This document shows positions 13,216 to 28,600 of a DNA stretch of 64,000 nucleotides, in pieces. The notes under the pieces are model-generated. The model saw only the letters and a list, made by a program, of their open reading frames with translations, did not search any database and was not told the origin of the DNA. Source of the stretch: Balanoglossus misakiensis. Taxonomy: Eukaryota > Animalia > Hemichordata. A program made the position numbers and the translations under genes. The stretch is taken from NCBI GenBank assembly GCA_040954595.2, contig CM082598.2, positions 2,108,001 to 2,172,000 on the forward strand, read 5' to 3'. Each line of letters opens with the position of its first letter. Position 1 is the first letter of the stretch.

Positions 13216-16200
13216 GAATAATACTAAATAACACTAGATTAAATTGCTATCACAAGTCGAGAAAATAATAATTATAATAAAAAATAATAAATAAAAGAAG
13301 TCGAGAAAATGAGTATTACATAGTTCCGTTGTCCGTTGACATCATTCACACGGTTACCACGTAACCGTTGCTATGACGACAGAACTTTAGGGATTAGTAG
13401 AGATTGCAACCCGATCTTTTTAACTACAGACATCATTTCCATTCAGTCCACTTTTAGAGATTTTCCGTTTTTAATTCACTGGCCACAGATGACTTGTAAG
13501 GCTTGTTTAATAAATTGAAACCACTCAATTGGCGGAGAGTAGTCTATTGGATGCATATTTTAATTTGCTTAGTAGGTAATAGTTATTAACAATCACTTCT
13601 CAGTAAGAAAGTACTGCCGTCTTAGAATCCAATATTTGTAGGAATCACTGTAACGTGGTCGATAATTGAAGGAAACTGCTGAGTCAGCATTTCCCCCAAT
13701 GGTTTGCTGTCTATGTGCAAAACATTTAACGAAGTGTATCTCAAAATAGTTCCCCACAAATCCAGCTAGAGTTTAAATTGGGCCAGCGCCGTTTGAAAGT
13801 TCATCTGGTCAAACGACCTCTGGATAAACTCTTCTCGTGTCGATGCAGGGTATCGCTAAATTTGCAAATAAACGTTTGAATGACTCCGAAATTGTGTCCC
13901 CCACATTGTCCTGGCCACGTTTTATAATAGCTGATTAATGACTTCTCGCAGTATAGAATTATATTATAAGCATAATAGTCGTGATGTCCCCTTTCCCCGA
14001 ACAAATGCTATATCAGACCACTATCGAGCTCATAACATCTTTACAGTATTTACTTAAGATTGGAGAAACCGATTGACGATAAAATTAATGGAATTGTGAA
14101 ACGATAATAATTGTTTACGCAACGATTGTGCGGTGTTACATCGATCTTAGCGATGACTAGCCTCGATTACAGTGTTGTTTTGGAACTACTCGTGAAATAG
14201 TTTAAACTTTACTCTTTTCAAATCTCCGTTATTTCATGTTGTGTCTTTATCAAGAAATGTAACAGTATCGCCTTATCACCACATAAAACGCAAAGTGGTC
14301 CTGCGTATTTAGTCTGTTGGCGAGGTGCTGTTCAATCACCGGCGATTTTTCGCTAGATATATGTTTGATGTGTTCTTTAGATTGAACCACGAATAAGCGC
14401 GATTACTGGTTGATAATTCAACCGAGTATACTCTAACGATGCCAGAATCTACGACAGCAAAGGGTATCGGCGGTTGGCATCTATGACGAAAACACAAAAC
14501 TGGAGTAGAATCTTAATATGTATCAGTATTAATCCAGGTATCCTTGTTTGATTTCATATCATTGATATCAGTGGTGACATTTTTGTTCTGGAGTTTAAAA
14601 AAAATGGAATGAATACGCGTCCAGGGGCTTATGTTACCAACTCTTAAGGGGTTACTAGTCGTTTTCGAGTTAATGTAAATGAATAGGGAACACTATATTT
14701 CCTGTTGTTATGAAGTACGTGTAGTTTTGGATGTGTGCACTGTTTCCAATCAACAAGAATGTAATTATGTCTATGTTCTGGGAAATAATTTTCAATTGTA
14801 CGTAGCAGGTCAGGATACTCGATATTTTTTTCTGTGACGATAAAACGGAAATTAGGCGAGATTTTATACGCCGTCAGATAGAAAACATTTAAAGTGCAAA
14901 TCACCAAATTTGCATGACCAATCGGCTGTATCAATGACCGAGGGGTGATACGCTTCTCTGGTTACCCATCAAATCAGAAAGAGATTTTCTTACTCTTTGT
15001 CTGCGGTCAAATACACACTGTGGGGGTTATTAGTCATAAGGGGTCTCTTGCGATTGGATATGCCGTGTTATCTGAACGTATTATGAGGTTTTCTACGCAC
15101 TGATTTCACGCTGGCGTGCTGTGGCGACAGGTTAAGCCTGAGAGCTGACGTGGACGCCAGAAAGTTCGTTTGCTCCCCGCCAGAGAAAATCACTGTGTTA
15201 TTTTCAGCAACAGACCCACGGCAGCCTCGGGACCTTTTTGGCAAAAAAATGTATTAGACCTCGCGGCTGACATGACTTCGGCATTTCGTTTTGGCACCAA
15301 CCGCCTTAATCGTAGTTAATGTCGCGACATTGCCCTGACGTGCTGTTCGGGAAAATCATTTGGATTACTAAGCGCGAGACCCGTGCCGAGCCGAGCGTGA
15401 ACTGTTCGGAAGATCGTCTGATCACACCCATTCGCGACCTTGTTGGATCAAACTCAACCGACAGCGTGAAGTAGAATAAAACACCTTGATTAGGTGCGAA
15501 TTAACGAGAACTTAAGTCGTTAGACGTCCCTTAAGCAAACTCAAACGCTTTCGTATTTGCAGTCAATAAGATCAGTGACACTTTTTCTTTTAAGCATGCC
15601 TGTTGTAACTGTCACAGGGCGTTTCCTTTAACCTTTTGAACGCCATAATTAAAATGTGGTGCAACATTTTTGTCATTATCACCCATTTTTCTCTATTTCC
15701 CCCTTAATTTTAGACCAAGAAGGCATAATTTTCCATCGACTGCAGATCTTGATCAAAATTTTAGAAATAAAATGTGGAAAATTTAAGCCCTTTGCTTGTC
15801 AACACTTGCAGGAGTTGAAATTGCATATAAAAGTAACCTATCATTTCGGCAATGTCCGACTTAGAGTCGACGAACTACATGACAAATTTTAAACGAACGC
15901 ACATATTTTAAGAATCTGTTTGTGAAAGCCGACACGAGGAAGTTGATACGTTCCCTGTATCAAAGCTTATAGCTTTTCATAAATTAAAATCAGGCGCAAA
16001 CCCTAGTTCAAAGACCCATCACTCATATAGAATTTTAATGCTAAGTATAAATATTGTTGTTTACAATTGCGAAATCAAACTGTTTACCTGTGCGCACTCA
16101 AGCGCCTGCGTACTTGTATGTGTATGAAATTTATGCATAAATTAGTTTTCGATTCTGTCAAGGCGGAGAATTTTGAAGAGGTTTGGCAGCGCGACAAACG

Positions 16201-17472
16201 CTTGTTTATACTGGCAAATGCACGTAATTCAGCGTGTGGTTTCAGGACATTCTTTGGTTGTCTCAAGTTGCAGCTCAGGGCAGTGGAGGGATGGTTTATG
16301 AAGTCCCGTGGCATCTGGGGAATTAGCTGCAATAATTATCAACAGCGAAAGGCGGTGAGGGATTTCATCTGTTCCACGAGATAAAAAGTATCATAGAATG
16401 TTCCCGATCGCCCTACATCGGTTTGTCATTCAACTAATACATTTCCCCATTAAAACAAACACAAAATAAACAAGCAATCAAAGTCACAAACTTAACCAGT
16501 AAACTTCAATAAACACATTTCCAGCAGTTTGTAATTTGTATCTAGCGTTTAAAAATATATGTACATGAATCCTTGTAGTCAAAACCATACTGAAAATGAT
16601 TGATGTTAAACTATAGTTATCGTCCCCATTTTCGGGTGCCATCTTCAGAGAAAATTTTGAGTTCATAGATGTTTCTTGGGAATGTATGATGGCCATGATT
16701 TACCGTCAATAGGGATACACCATTGGCAGCCATCCCATAGTATGCTATGCTTTAGTGGTACAGGAAACATTAAAAACACGTGCACGAACATTGTGCAAAA
16801 TTTATGTAATAATGGAAAACGCTTAAAATATTTTAACAGTGGGCGTCTCCCCTAACCATGCATGTTTGCATCCGTTAGTACTTTTGATTATTTTCGCAGA
16901 TGTAGGCACGCATGTGTTTAGCAATCTGCATGATTTTTCACACACTGGTGTGCGCGCACAGTTCTTGTCGCGTATCCATGGTTACCAAGCGGTCAAACCA
17001 CAGCGCTTATTCTGCTCTCCAACTATCAGCTCGCGCGGCGCGTCGATCGGTTCGTGATGATGCTCCTGCGCATCTTTGCCGACGCTCGATCTACGTTGCC
17101 ATGGTTTTTGTTATAATAAACTATTTGAGACTCCCTGGGAGAACTTTGAGTGAGATAGCTCACGTCATAGACAGCTAACTAAGTTTACTAAGCAGCGAGA
17201 ACTTCGGGGTTGGTGCAAAGCATCTGGGATACCTACCGCCCAGAACACAGAGAAGTGTTATACCCCCTCCCCCCCTACTCACTACACCCACGCATTCGAA
17301 TACTTGGCAAATTTCCCCCATGAAGACATTACTTTACGTACTTTACTACTGTTTTAACGACTCCTCTCTGATACCGCGGATCATTTGACAAAGTTACTCT
17401 GAAAAGTGATTTAAATGGAATTATTTCTAACGAATTTGTATTCAGACTGCGGACGGCCATCGAGTACATCCA

Positions 17473-17718
<246 letters not shown>

Positions 17719-18075
17719 ATGCTCAATGTCATGAAAGTTCGAAAGAAGGTCGTCTGAAAAAAGGACATCACGTGCTTGTGTCGTGCAGAGATTTCAAGGG
17801 TTGCTTCAGACTATCCGGAGTCAGTTCGCTTTTTTTCGCGAAGAAGTTGACAAAGGCTGTCAGTTAGAGTAGCTACCACCAAGCAACTTCAGCGGACAGC
17901 CGGTAAAATAGAGAAACCACAAATCACTGTGAGTGACGTCCTGACCTTACAAATTGTTTGATAAAGCAGTCTAAACAATTTATCAATGTCAAGTCATCAA
18001 CTGGTCAGCTTTGATAAATTGGTTGAGAGAAGAGATAAGTTAGCGCAGGGGAAAGTGAAGTGTGCGTGTGTGCGT

Positions 18076-18393
18076 GAGAGAGAGAGACAGAGAGAGAGAG
18101 ACAGAGAGAGAGACAGAGAGAGAGAGGAAGACAGAAACAGGGACAGAGAAAGATGAGGGGGGGAGAGAGAGAGAGGGGGGGTGAGAGAGAGACAGAGTGA
18201 GACGGAGGGGGAGGGAGAGAGAGAGAGAGAAGGAGAGAGAGAGAGAGAGAGGGGGTGGGGAAGACAGAAACAGGGACAGAGAGAGATGAGGGAGAGAGAG
18301 AGAGAGATACAGACGGAGAGCGGGGGAGAGAGAGAGAGAGAGGAAGACAGAAACAGGGACAGAGAGAGATGAGGGGGGAGGGGGTCTGAGAGA
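18076..18393. repeat. Polypurine (GA)-rich tract with three copies of a 24-bp unit
   Basis: GGAAGACAGAAACAGGGACAGAGA at 18126, 18259 and 18342, embedded in (GA)n and G runs. Confidence 0.9.
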
Positions 18394-19313
18394 AACAATT
18401 GTAGTAGAGAGACTGCGCGTATAAAACTCTAGGGAAGGAATTAGTGAACGTGGCTTCTGTTCGCGCGGCCATCAATTCTTCCTGTCGCCAGGTCCTAAAT
18501 TATTGACATTTGATGGACGTAAAACGCCAACATAAAAAGTAAACATTTCTGTCGAATCCTCGATGAAAAGATCATTCGTGTCATCGACTTCATTAGGCCG
18601 ACAACGGAGGCGCCAAGTTAGTGGACACCGTCTCGTCTGAGACCGGGTCTCATCACGTTTAAGTGGCCGACGGAGGATGTACTCCGACTCGGTGAACGAA
18701 AGCGCAGATCCCATCCCCGGCTAATTACCCGGCACGGGTCATAACTCCGGCGAAGTCATCATGATTACATGTCCAACGCGGAATACAACCGCCGTGCTGT
18801 CAAGCCCAGAATGTTTTGCTCGATATCAATTGACAAATGGCTTACAGGATTGTCAACAAACAAGATAGTTACCAACCTCAGGGGTTATACCGCGAGGGCA
18901 TATTTATTTATTCCCCGTAAGTGCCTAGACTCTGTGGACCAACTGTTTTTCTTAACGTCTTGAAGTCAAGATCTCACGACCCAGATCTTGTGCAGAAAAC
19001 TGGACACAGAGCATAATGTCCTCACAGATAATTTATTTGCTACCAAGCCCCTAGTATTCCAGCGACCCACATATCATTTCGCTCAGGAAGTGCCCTTCTT
19101 GTGGTACATTTAGGAAAACATTTTTCTACATAACAAAGAACACGTGTAAGATCCGCTTCGGTATGTCACGGACATACTATAGCCTGCTCTGCTTGGCCGA
19201 AACATTTTCTACCAGTAGCTGCAATCAGCCACTGAGATATCGTGACATGGAAACTGGCTTCCATGATTTATAAAGAGAGGATACATTTCGAAATGACAGA
19301 GTTGTTAAGACAC

Positions 19314-19433
19314 AGAGGGGGAAGGAAAGAGAGGGAAGGGGATGTAGGGAGAGAGGGAGGAAAATAGAGAGAAAGAGAGAGGAGAGGGATGGAGAGATGA
19401 GAAAGAGAGGGGATAGATAGATAGATAGATAGA
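19314..19433. repeat. GA-rich low-complexity tract ending in (GATA)n
   Basis: Directly visible purine-rich stretch. Confidence 0.8.
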
Positions 19434-22400
19434 TCAGTGATCGACCAGTATCATGTACATAAAACCAGAATTCTCAAACTGTTTGCGATTCCGAGAATGT
19501 AATTTGATTGCCCTTGGAATATCGACCGTGTACCTGTTGCGTTTAGCTCCCCGCCACCTCGCATGTTTGGTCGAGCGCTGAGAATTCCGGCCTCATGTAG
19601 CCGGAAATAAATATAACAGGTTAAGTGTTGCCCGCTAACTTGGGGGGAAACATTTTTGCCATGCGTTGGTTTATCGATTAAACAAGATATTTGATGGTTA
19701 CACTAATTTTCATGTCGACGCCGTCTGGCTAAGACAACGTGATCGGGAAGTAATCGCTGCCACTCCCCGAAGCCACTAAAATACCAGGCAGCAAATCAGA
19801 CGGGTCCGGGAACGTTCGCGTCAGCGACCACAAATCCCTCGATCGTGCTATCGTTTACTGTTGACGTGGTAGACAGAGAGAAGACGGGGAATGTTTTATG
19901 CGGTCACAGTTGAGTGAAGGAAGAGGCAACGATTTTCCCAATAAACCGTGTCGCCAGCGCCGAGTGATTCGGTGGTCGAAGGAATGAAGGAATTTCACAT
20001 TCTCGTGCCATTTGGAAGACATTACCGCAGCCCTTCCTATACCGGTCTGGGAGAATTCTCCGTGTTCCCGCGCTTTTCTCTCTCGCTGGCACTTAACGAC
20101 TCATTTTACCGCAATAATTTTATTGCAACGGGTCTACAATAGGTATTCCCATGCCAAACTATACAAGTACGCCCTCCGGCAGCGTCAGGACATTGACACC
20201 AACCGCTCAACTTGGAATCTGCCGTTAAATCAGTATACCTGTGGTTTCGCTCACTCCTGTATTACGTTCTCGCGGGATCGTTTCTCCGCAAAGTCGTGAC
20301 AAAGTTGGCAGCGCGCAGGAACTATGACAACAGAGTCGAGGAATTACTGAGAGAAAACCAATGCCAGTTATGCTAACTTGACGTGGTATGTAGTAACATC
20401 GCCTTAACATATAAACCTATAGCCAGTGTACTAGTAATTTTAAGCGGGGGGATGGAATGTGTTGAGATCTTGACGAGTTTGAGGAACTGTAGTTGTCAAT
20501 TTGATATTTAAGAAATAGTTGTATGGTTTACGAAACTTTTTTTTTCGCTTTCCTCAGTTTGCATTACGTCCTGTATAAACTTATACTGAATACTAAGTAC
20601 GTATATTATCATTGGTAACGACTAATTTAAGTCCGGACTTCTTGGTAACTAGAAAAGTTCATGTATTATATCCGCTGTGTCTTTGAAAACATGTTTTTTG
20701 ACAAGCTTGGTTGATAAACACAAGAGAACCACGGAAAATATCAACAGTTGTGGCTTACGGTCCCTTTAAAGTAATGGGTTTCGTTTATTGTGTACAAGTC
20801 ATAAAATGACAACTTTTCCTGTTTTTGAACGTCCGAGGTTTTCTTTTCGGACAAGAACGCGCCAAGAGAAATGGCATTGCCCGGTAACAGATATTGCACT
20901 GTTTACTAATACTGACTGACGCAGCGGCGATATTAGCGAATCTTGTCAACTCCTGGCTTTATGGAGTTTACTTTTGGGGCTTTACGAGGCCATTTTTCGA
21001 CCATGGGAAATCATGAACTGTTATTACTTCTGACGCGCAAACCGACTCCGTACATGGACGCATGCACGTAACTTATTGTTCTGAGCGCTACCCTTCTGTG
21101 TGTGTCAGTGTGTGGAGAAACTAAAATCAGTACAGCAATCGTTGATAAAGTTCCGAAGTGAATTACCTCACTTAGGAAAATAACGTCAAACTCGCTAACC
21201 AAGAGTAGTGACCGCGACTGTCGCTGGTTTCTTTACCGCGTCCACGGGGATCTGCATCTTTGAATCCTGTTGCCCTTCGTAACAATAGGCACTGTTAGCA
21301 ACAAATTACCAATTTCACGCCACAGGAGATAATTTCACGGTTAGCAGCGACGTCGTTATGCCGACTGCTTTCGCATTAAAATTTCATAATCTGCCGGGAA
21401 AGCACGCCCCCAAGTTTACTTACTTCAGGCAGAGGGACTCGAAGTGTGGTTGTTTAACGGCTGATGGAGTAAACGAAAGGTTGATGAGGTGGTTTGGCGT
21501 GGGAGTGGGTGGGCTAAATGAACAGACAACTCCATCAAGACGCCACGAATATATTTAAAGATGTTAACGTGTGTCTTAAGTAATATTTATATACGCTATA
21601 CAATAAAATTCGTCGATTAAAGTTTGAAGAAAAAACAGAAATATGTGTTTATATATAATATGTGTGTTTATCGTCTGCTTACTCGTTCGGCGGTCTGTCA
21701 ATTTTTATGACGTAGCTAGTTCAAGCGGAAAATAAGAATGCGAATCTTTAATTCTTCTTTGAGGATTAACGCGAATTTACTCGGTTCGCGGACGGCTGCC
21801 TCATTGAGCGTGCACTCAAGTCGAACCCAGACAGAATATCGCGTATCGCGGCAGCGGATCAGATATCATACTTGTCAAATAAACGATGCATGATTAAAAC
21901 AAGTTGTTAGCGGCAGGGGAGGAGGTTATTACAGAGAGTGGTCAGCGACGCCATGTACTTGAAAAAAATGCCTGTGTCTTGTTAATTTTTGTATTAGTAT
22001 TGTATTTTTTGATTATCAATAAACCCCGAGCAGATCGTTGATTCGAAAACGACAAAACATAACATCCTAGAAACTGATAGAAAATTTAAAATGAACCAAT
22101 ACTGGCTAATGAAAATGGGTTCTGGTGACCTTGGCACCGGAATTCGACTTGTTCGACTCATTCGACAACTGCTTGAATTACACCGTGTTACCGATTCACA
22201 GCAAATGCAAAACAGAGATAGTTTAAATTCTGCGCAACGCTCTAGGTCAAGGATAAGGAATCCACGCGGCTGCCTCGTATGTACAGCAAAACCGACCGCA
22301 AAGCAAATGGTTGTGTCCGATTCACCTTGAATTTTTCCATCAGTCGGCCACACAGTGTCTGAGCGCCGTGTTTGCTATTAAAGCCCCACATAGCAGCCAT

Positions 22401-22516
22401 TAAAAAAATCATGATTTTACTTTCGCTCTTAGAATGGTCCAAATAAAGTGACTTAACCGTTGGGTATACACAAACATATTCTCAACCTCTGTTTGTGGCT
22501 GTGCATCTAAATATGA

Positions 22517-22635
22517 ACAAGTTGAATAATAATCGGGTGTCGCACCCATATATTCAGCTGCCTATCGCAAGAGTGCACAACTATCGTGGTATGCGCACAT
22601 GTGTATTATGATCTCCATAAAGTCAAAATAGTGTC
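22517..22635. repeat. Dispersed ~120-bp repeat, copy 2 (inverted relative to copy 1)
   Basis: Reverse complement matches 13094-13215, including GCAGCTGAATATATGGGTG. Confidence 0.8.
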
Positions 22636-25600
22636 ATACCTGCAAGAAAAAAATGAAACCAGAAACCGGAACTTACTGTGTGATTTCCCCCTCTACTAAA
22701 TGTATTTTTATCCACATACAAATTACAGCATATGCACGACTCAGGGCATCAAAGTGTGATGTCTTCATTTTTGTGTGCTAGTTCATTGCACGAATCGACA
22801 CGCATGCGCGCCATGCCCCACCATAAATGACCTGCGTTGACCTTGTGTGAAATATGGAATCCAAATTCACACAAGGATGTTGACATCATTTTTAACATTC
22901 TCTGCATACTTGCCGAGGTGTGCATCGATTGACAACTGGGTGAGTCAACATGACTGTTTTAGCCCAAGAATAACACTCATACACTTGTTATGACATATAC
23001 ATATAACATAAATCATAATAACTTCTGTACTTACAGGGTCTTCCTCATCAGATAATCAGTCATGATCAGATACTAATGCTGCATCTTTTCCTTTCTTTCG
23101 ATTTCAGAATAGAGGCTTTATTATTTCAAGATGAATACATGTATGTTAATTGACGAATTCCCTAACCAGGTAGGCAGACATTTTTCTTAATATATTCATT
23201 AGTTATAAAATATGCGCGTATCGTAAAGCCCGAATTTGTCATGCCCCAGCGTAAAATACAAACTTGTCATTTTTCGTGAAATTTTGAAAATTGACAAGGA
23301 GAAAATTGGGCATTATGTTGGGATACTCTATGGAGGACAACAAGAAAATGTAGTTGATACACGAAACAGAAATATTGAAAAATAGACAGAAATTACAGAT
23401 AGTGGCCCTTTAATGTAACTCTTGTAGTTGTACAGGGGGCCACTGACCTATCAGAAAAACTTTCCGACGAGAAACATCAATGGATCGAACTAGTTCCCAA
23501 TCGCGCTAGTTCCGAGAAGCGTCTTTCTAGTTAGAAAGATCTGAGTTATTATAAAAATGAACGGCCTGTGGCATTCGCACAATTTTATTCACAAATGTTC
23601 AAATCGTGACATCGGTAAACCTTATTTAGAATTACAGATTGCGCTAATAGGGTGGAAAGGTCTGAAACTAGCAAATCTATTTTTTTTAAAGAGTTTTGTT
23701 TTGCATTCAATTTCCTCTGTATTTTCGGAATATGTCGTTCATGTTCAAATTAAGGTCATGGGTTGTGGCGCTATTTATGGTCGATTTATGGGCGCTTAAA
23801 ATAACAGATGATCCCAGATGTCTCGATTTCGCGGTCGGACCTGGTGCATCACGTGCGCCGAAGCCTGTGTGATTCTTGCGTCTTAACTCGGCCGCATTTT
23901 TGTCAGTGACCGACCATCTATCGTGGGATTTGTAGGGCAGTCACCTGAACAGGAGGCTGCCATAGAGAGAACGACCTACTTCATTCGAACCCGGGACATT
24001 TTCCCGTTGTAAATGTGAGTTACAGACCGACAATTTTTCAGATTCCTTCGTTTGTCATCCGTGACCCTGAGTGTAACTGAAAAATGGGCGGAGTATAAAA
24101 TGTCACGTAAGCAAAATTTTTGTTTTTCTTTCCAAGTTGATTTATTGACAAATTTGTCGCCAAGACTAAAAATAAGCACTGCGAAGGTCAAAATCACAGT
24201 CTCGTCTTAGCCTTACCCCGATTTTATGATTTAAGTCCGGACCTGAATTCATTTGTCAGTAATATTAATTTTCGTCGCACTTGTCGGGCTGTGTTGATGA
24301 GCAGAACACTAGGCATATTATATGGGTAGACCGATAAATAATTAAATAAGCATACACCTATTGCCCCTTTAATGATACATGTAAACGTGCGAGTCGGCGC
24401 ATTTTGCGTTTGTGTCACACCTCGTAAATTTTCGCCCTTAAATTTTTGTGCGTGAACGTCATCGTTAAATTTTGTCGTTCATAGACGTGAAAATTTCACC
24501 TTGCGACATACGTGCACATTTTGTCGTGCGAAGATCGGTCAGAAAGTGTCGTTCGCATGATTGCAGTCTGGTTCGCATCTACTTTCATGACCGTATACCT
24601 CTAAAACAACCGACTTAGGGAGTGTTTGACTATTTAATGTAGGAACTGACGCGCATAAAGTTTCCGCCCGTTTCCATAACTACACGTGAACGAGTAACTG
24701 GCGGAGAAAGTGCAAACAAACCTCAAGCTCAAAACGTACCGCTCAAATATCTTTAATTCCGCATTTATTTTTATCTCATTATCCAGATCTTCATCGATTG
24801 CTCTCATTATCTCTTAAAAGGTTACCAAAATACTGGTATGTCATTCGCGAAAAACAATAAATTTGTAATTTCCGGTTGATGACTTACAATTCCGCCGATT
24901 CAAGAGGTAACGTCTGGTTATTGCATCACTGTGCTGTTCTACGGCAGTTTCAATCTGTGCATGCAGGTTGTAAAAATGTTGAAAAAGAGGGTGTCGTCTG
25001 CGCTAACAGTCTAATAATTTGTTATAAAGGACTTTTCAGCTTACAAGGAACATGAGGATCGTTTCCTGACAAAACTGGTGTGTCGTGATTTACAGATTGA
25101 GACTAGATCATTTGTGAAGTTCTGTCTACCTGCCAATAAGTCGTTCTGATATTCGGTCCGCCGATCATCCGCCATTTTCTTCCGTTCTGTGACATGTTAA
25201 ACTATGAAGTGAAAAAAAACCTCGACGACTGTTTACAATATTTTAAATTTAATTATCAATTTTGCGCCATGCCTAAAGACTACCTTTTTCCATTGTGCTT
25301 TCAATGTACGAATGTATTGAACACACTGTCTGAAAATTGATCACCTTGCAGTGTTGAGAAACGCGAAATTTAAAGACGAAGTGACCAGAAATTTGGTCTT
25401 TCTCGTTGAACACGATAAGACTAGTGTAGAGTAGAGACGAGTGTGATAGACTGAGAGTCCTTGATAACATGCCTCCTACACTCACCGCCCTGGCTATATT
25501 ACTGCGAAGCTAATAAACCCATTAACCCTATATAGGATTGCCTTCATCTCCCCGAGGGATCTTAATCAGAATCTGATGCCGAAGGAAGCCAAGGGGAAGT

Positions 25601-28600
25601 TCGGGATTTGCAATGTTAGAACGTTGACTCGGAGTTACACATGCTAATAACCTATGCGATTTTGTAAGCCGTCACGTAATTGGCTAATTAGGCGCCGTTG
25701 TGTGCGAGCGTTTCCATTCCTCCACTTCAGAGCAAATCTGATTATTGGGACGACACCGAAGTGTAGTGAGCAATTTTTCGCACGTGGTGAATAATTTGCT
25801 TGTAAGTTGGTATGTGAAATGGAGCTGTGTACTTTGATTTTGAAGTATCTCGGCTCAAAAGATGCAATCACCGGACGCAATTTGCAAATAGTTATTCATT
25901 ATTTTCGGATTCGCTCTCCAAGGCTACGCGGTTGCTAATCTCTGTAGAGCGCACTGACGTGAGTCCGTCCGCCTTTGCGCGCTGGTTGTTCCGTTTGCTG
26001 GTTTTATCCGGACTATGATCATCTTCAGATCACCATGGGAACACTGTTTAGTCAAATATATGACCCTTCAGAATCTCGTATCATGATTGACCGAAACAAA
26101 AAATTAATTTCACGTTGCCCAAACGGCAATCTCGGCAGTAATCACCGTACGCGCAGAATTCCTGACGTTGAATCCTTACAAGTTCTCTGAAGTGGTTATA
26201 GCGAGCCGAGCTTGATCACAAGGAAATTCTGAGTTAATAATTTCTGCAGTCCCCTTGATGAATTTATAGTATGATGTAGTGAGCATGGGTACTCAAAGAT
26301 TTCTGCACCCAACGAGCAGAAATTCACAATTTCTGAGACCTCGGAAACGATAGTGCTGAAGGCTTAAAACTTTGCGCTGGTACATTTCCTGTAAAACCAC
26401 AGCGAAATCCGTCCAATTCTTGGTTGAAATGACGAAATATGTCATAAAATAAGAACCTTGAGGTAAAGTTCCCGGATTTAATCTTGGCCCCCGGTCAACT
26501 TTTGGCGGGGCGTGCCCTGATCAAATCTACCTTGTTTTATGAACCGACCTTTCTGGAATTGTTAATTTAATCGGTCACTTTGACTTAATTAACAGAAATC
26601 TTAAATAAACCGAGCCCTTAATAATGCTGACGTCACTTTCCCTCACAGTTGTTAAATATCGATGACGATTGCATGCAAATAATATCATATCTCTTTACAG
26701 TTCACAACAGCGCAGTTTATTGCATTTTTTAGTTTTAATGATTTCTGTGAATCGTAAAATTTCATTCTGCACCTTTAAAATTTCTGCTTCCTACAGTAAA
26801 CGACTTCGCCACCATAAATGCGTTTAGTTCGTTTGGTTTCAGCGTTTATTGCGTCAAAGATCTTTGCTTTGCTCTTCGATTGAAGTTGCGGCTAGCATTC
26901 GAGTTTACCATGGCCGTATTTTCTCTGCCATAAAAACAGTTTAATCACTAAGTTTGCCCACAAGTGCTTGTCCACTGTGGCGTATAACACGACACATTTT
27001 CGCCCATCACAAGGGGTCAAAAACATCTCAATCATGTGACAGAGACAACTTGAAAACGACAACTCCAAGAAGTTGTTTGTTTTCAAAACACATTGTCAAC
27101 ATGCCTTAGGCAAAGCTCAAGAATTTTAAAGTGGAGAGAAGAATGCAAGTGACCAGTTCAACAGGTGCTGGCGCCATTCTCTCGGTGAACCATACATAAA
27201 TAACATGTGCAGTCGCATTTTACCCGCCAAACGCAAGAACAGAAATTGTCGTTCGTTCGAGAAATAACTCTGAAGAACATAGTGCTACACTTTGTTTCAT
27301 CTTTGTGTATAAAAAAATGAAAAAGTGGACAAAAATGAGTGCCAAAACCTCCGGGTGATAGGCCTAAGACAAATATGGGTAAGTCACTTTGACTTTCAAG
27401 TAGTTTGCTAATCCAGAACCGCGCAGAAACGTGCGACCCCTTGATCTTATCGGATCAAAAAGTGACAATTTCAAGACTCCTCAAGCTCTGTTAGTGAAAG
27501 TTTTAACACTGCGTCAGTGAAAATGATTTACGCCATTTGAGCGCAAAATAAATCACGTGAAGGGAATTTCACAAGTGGCCATGGAATTTCTGACAGAAAA
27601 CACACACTGTATAAACCAATATTACTGTTTGATTAGCCATGATGTTTGTAGGTTTTCCCCGTTACCTTGGCAACAGTAGAAATTAAATCCAATTGGGGAA
27701 TGCGTAACTGGAGAATGCAAGCCTAATCAAGCAAAATAATTTGACCTTTATTTCATTTAACGAAGCTATTGTTTCAATACCCAGAGTAGGTAAAAAAAAA
27801 AAAAACATCTCCTTTCTGCGAAATGGCATCCGCCTTATTGAACAACTTTTACAAGTTTAATTTTAGTTGTGTAAACAACTGTAAATGAATATTTTACGAT
27901 CAATTCTGGTTATTGCAAAACGCACGACTCACAACGGAATGAAGTTTGAGCAGCTGTAGGCCTACCTTTGATCGAACATCCGGGTACGTAGGTCTGGCAT
28001 CCTTTGAAGGCACAAAGTTTGTTCAGTACACGCAGATTGCCTCCTACTCGATTTCGTTCTCTTCTCTGAATTATCCATCCATCCATCCATCCACCCACCT
28101 ACATACCCCCCCCCCCACACACACACACACTCAGTATACCAAACGCCAGATAATACTGCGGCCAATTTAGATCTTGCATTCATCTCCTTCACCATAGGGT
28201 CATCTCAGCAGATACCTTCAAATCCCAGACTCAAAACTTGTCTTTTTCAACAAGCATTCCAGACCCGTGAACTTTGGGCGTTATTGGGCATCAATTTGAT
28301 GGATATGCTGCTCTATATAAACTCTACAAACCATAACTAGTATAATTAGAGGTGATCATGTCACAATGTCATATAGAAGGGTCAAATTGCTGTGATTTGT
28401 CGTGGGTGAATATTCCAAGGATGGCAGTGAGTCTATTGGTCTGTGCGATTAGTCTAATGATTTTTGGCAAATTGGTGTGTGAGGGTAAACGGGTGCGCGT
28501 TTAGGCGCTTATTTTCTGTGTAAATGGTTTCAGGCAATGTTTACGCTTGGTTTGAAGCGTTATGACTGACGTAGGCAAAGCAGAGCCGCAAAAGCGCCGC

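Noticed and set aside
17887-17901. RE1/NRSE-like TTCAGC-GGACAGC
   Set aside because: The left half-site is truncated and the spacing is wrong for a canonical RE1.
18126-18365. Three 24-bp direct repeats with spacers resembling a CRISPR array
   Set aside because: Eukaryotic context, low-complexity spacers of unequal length, no cas genes.
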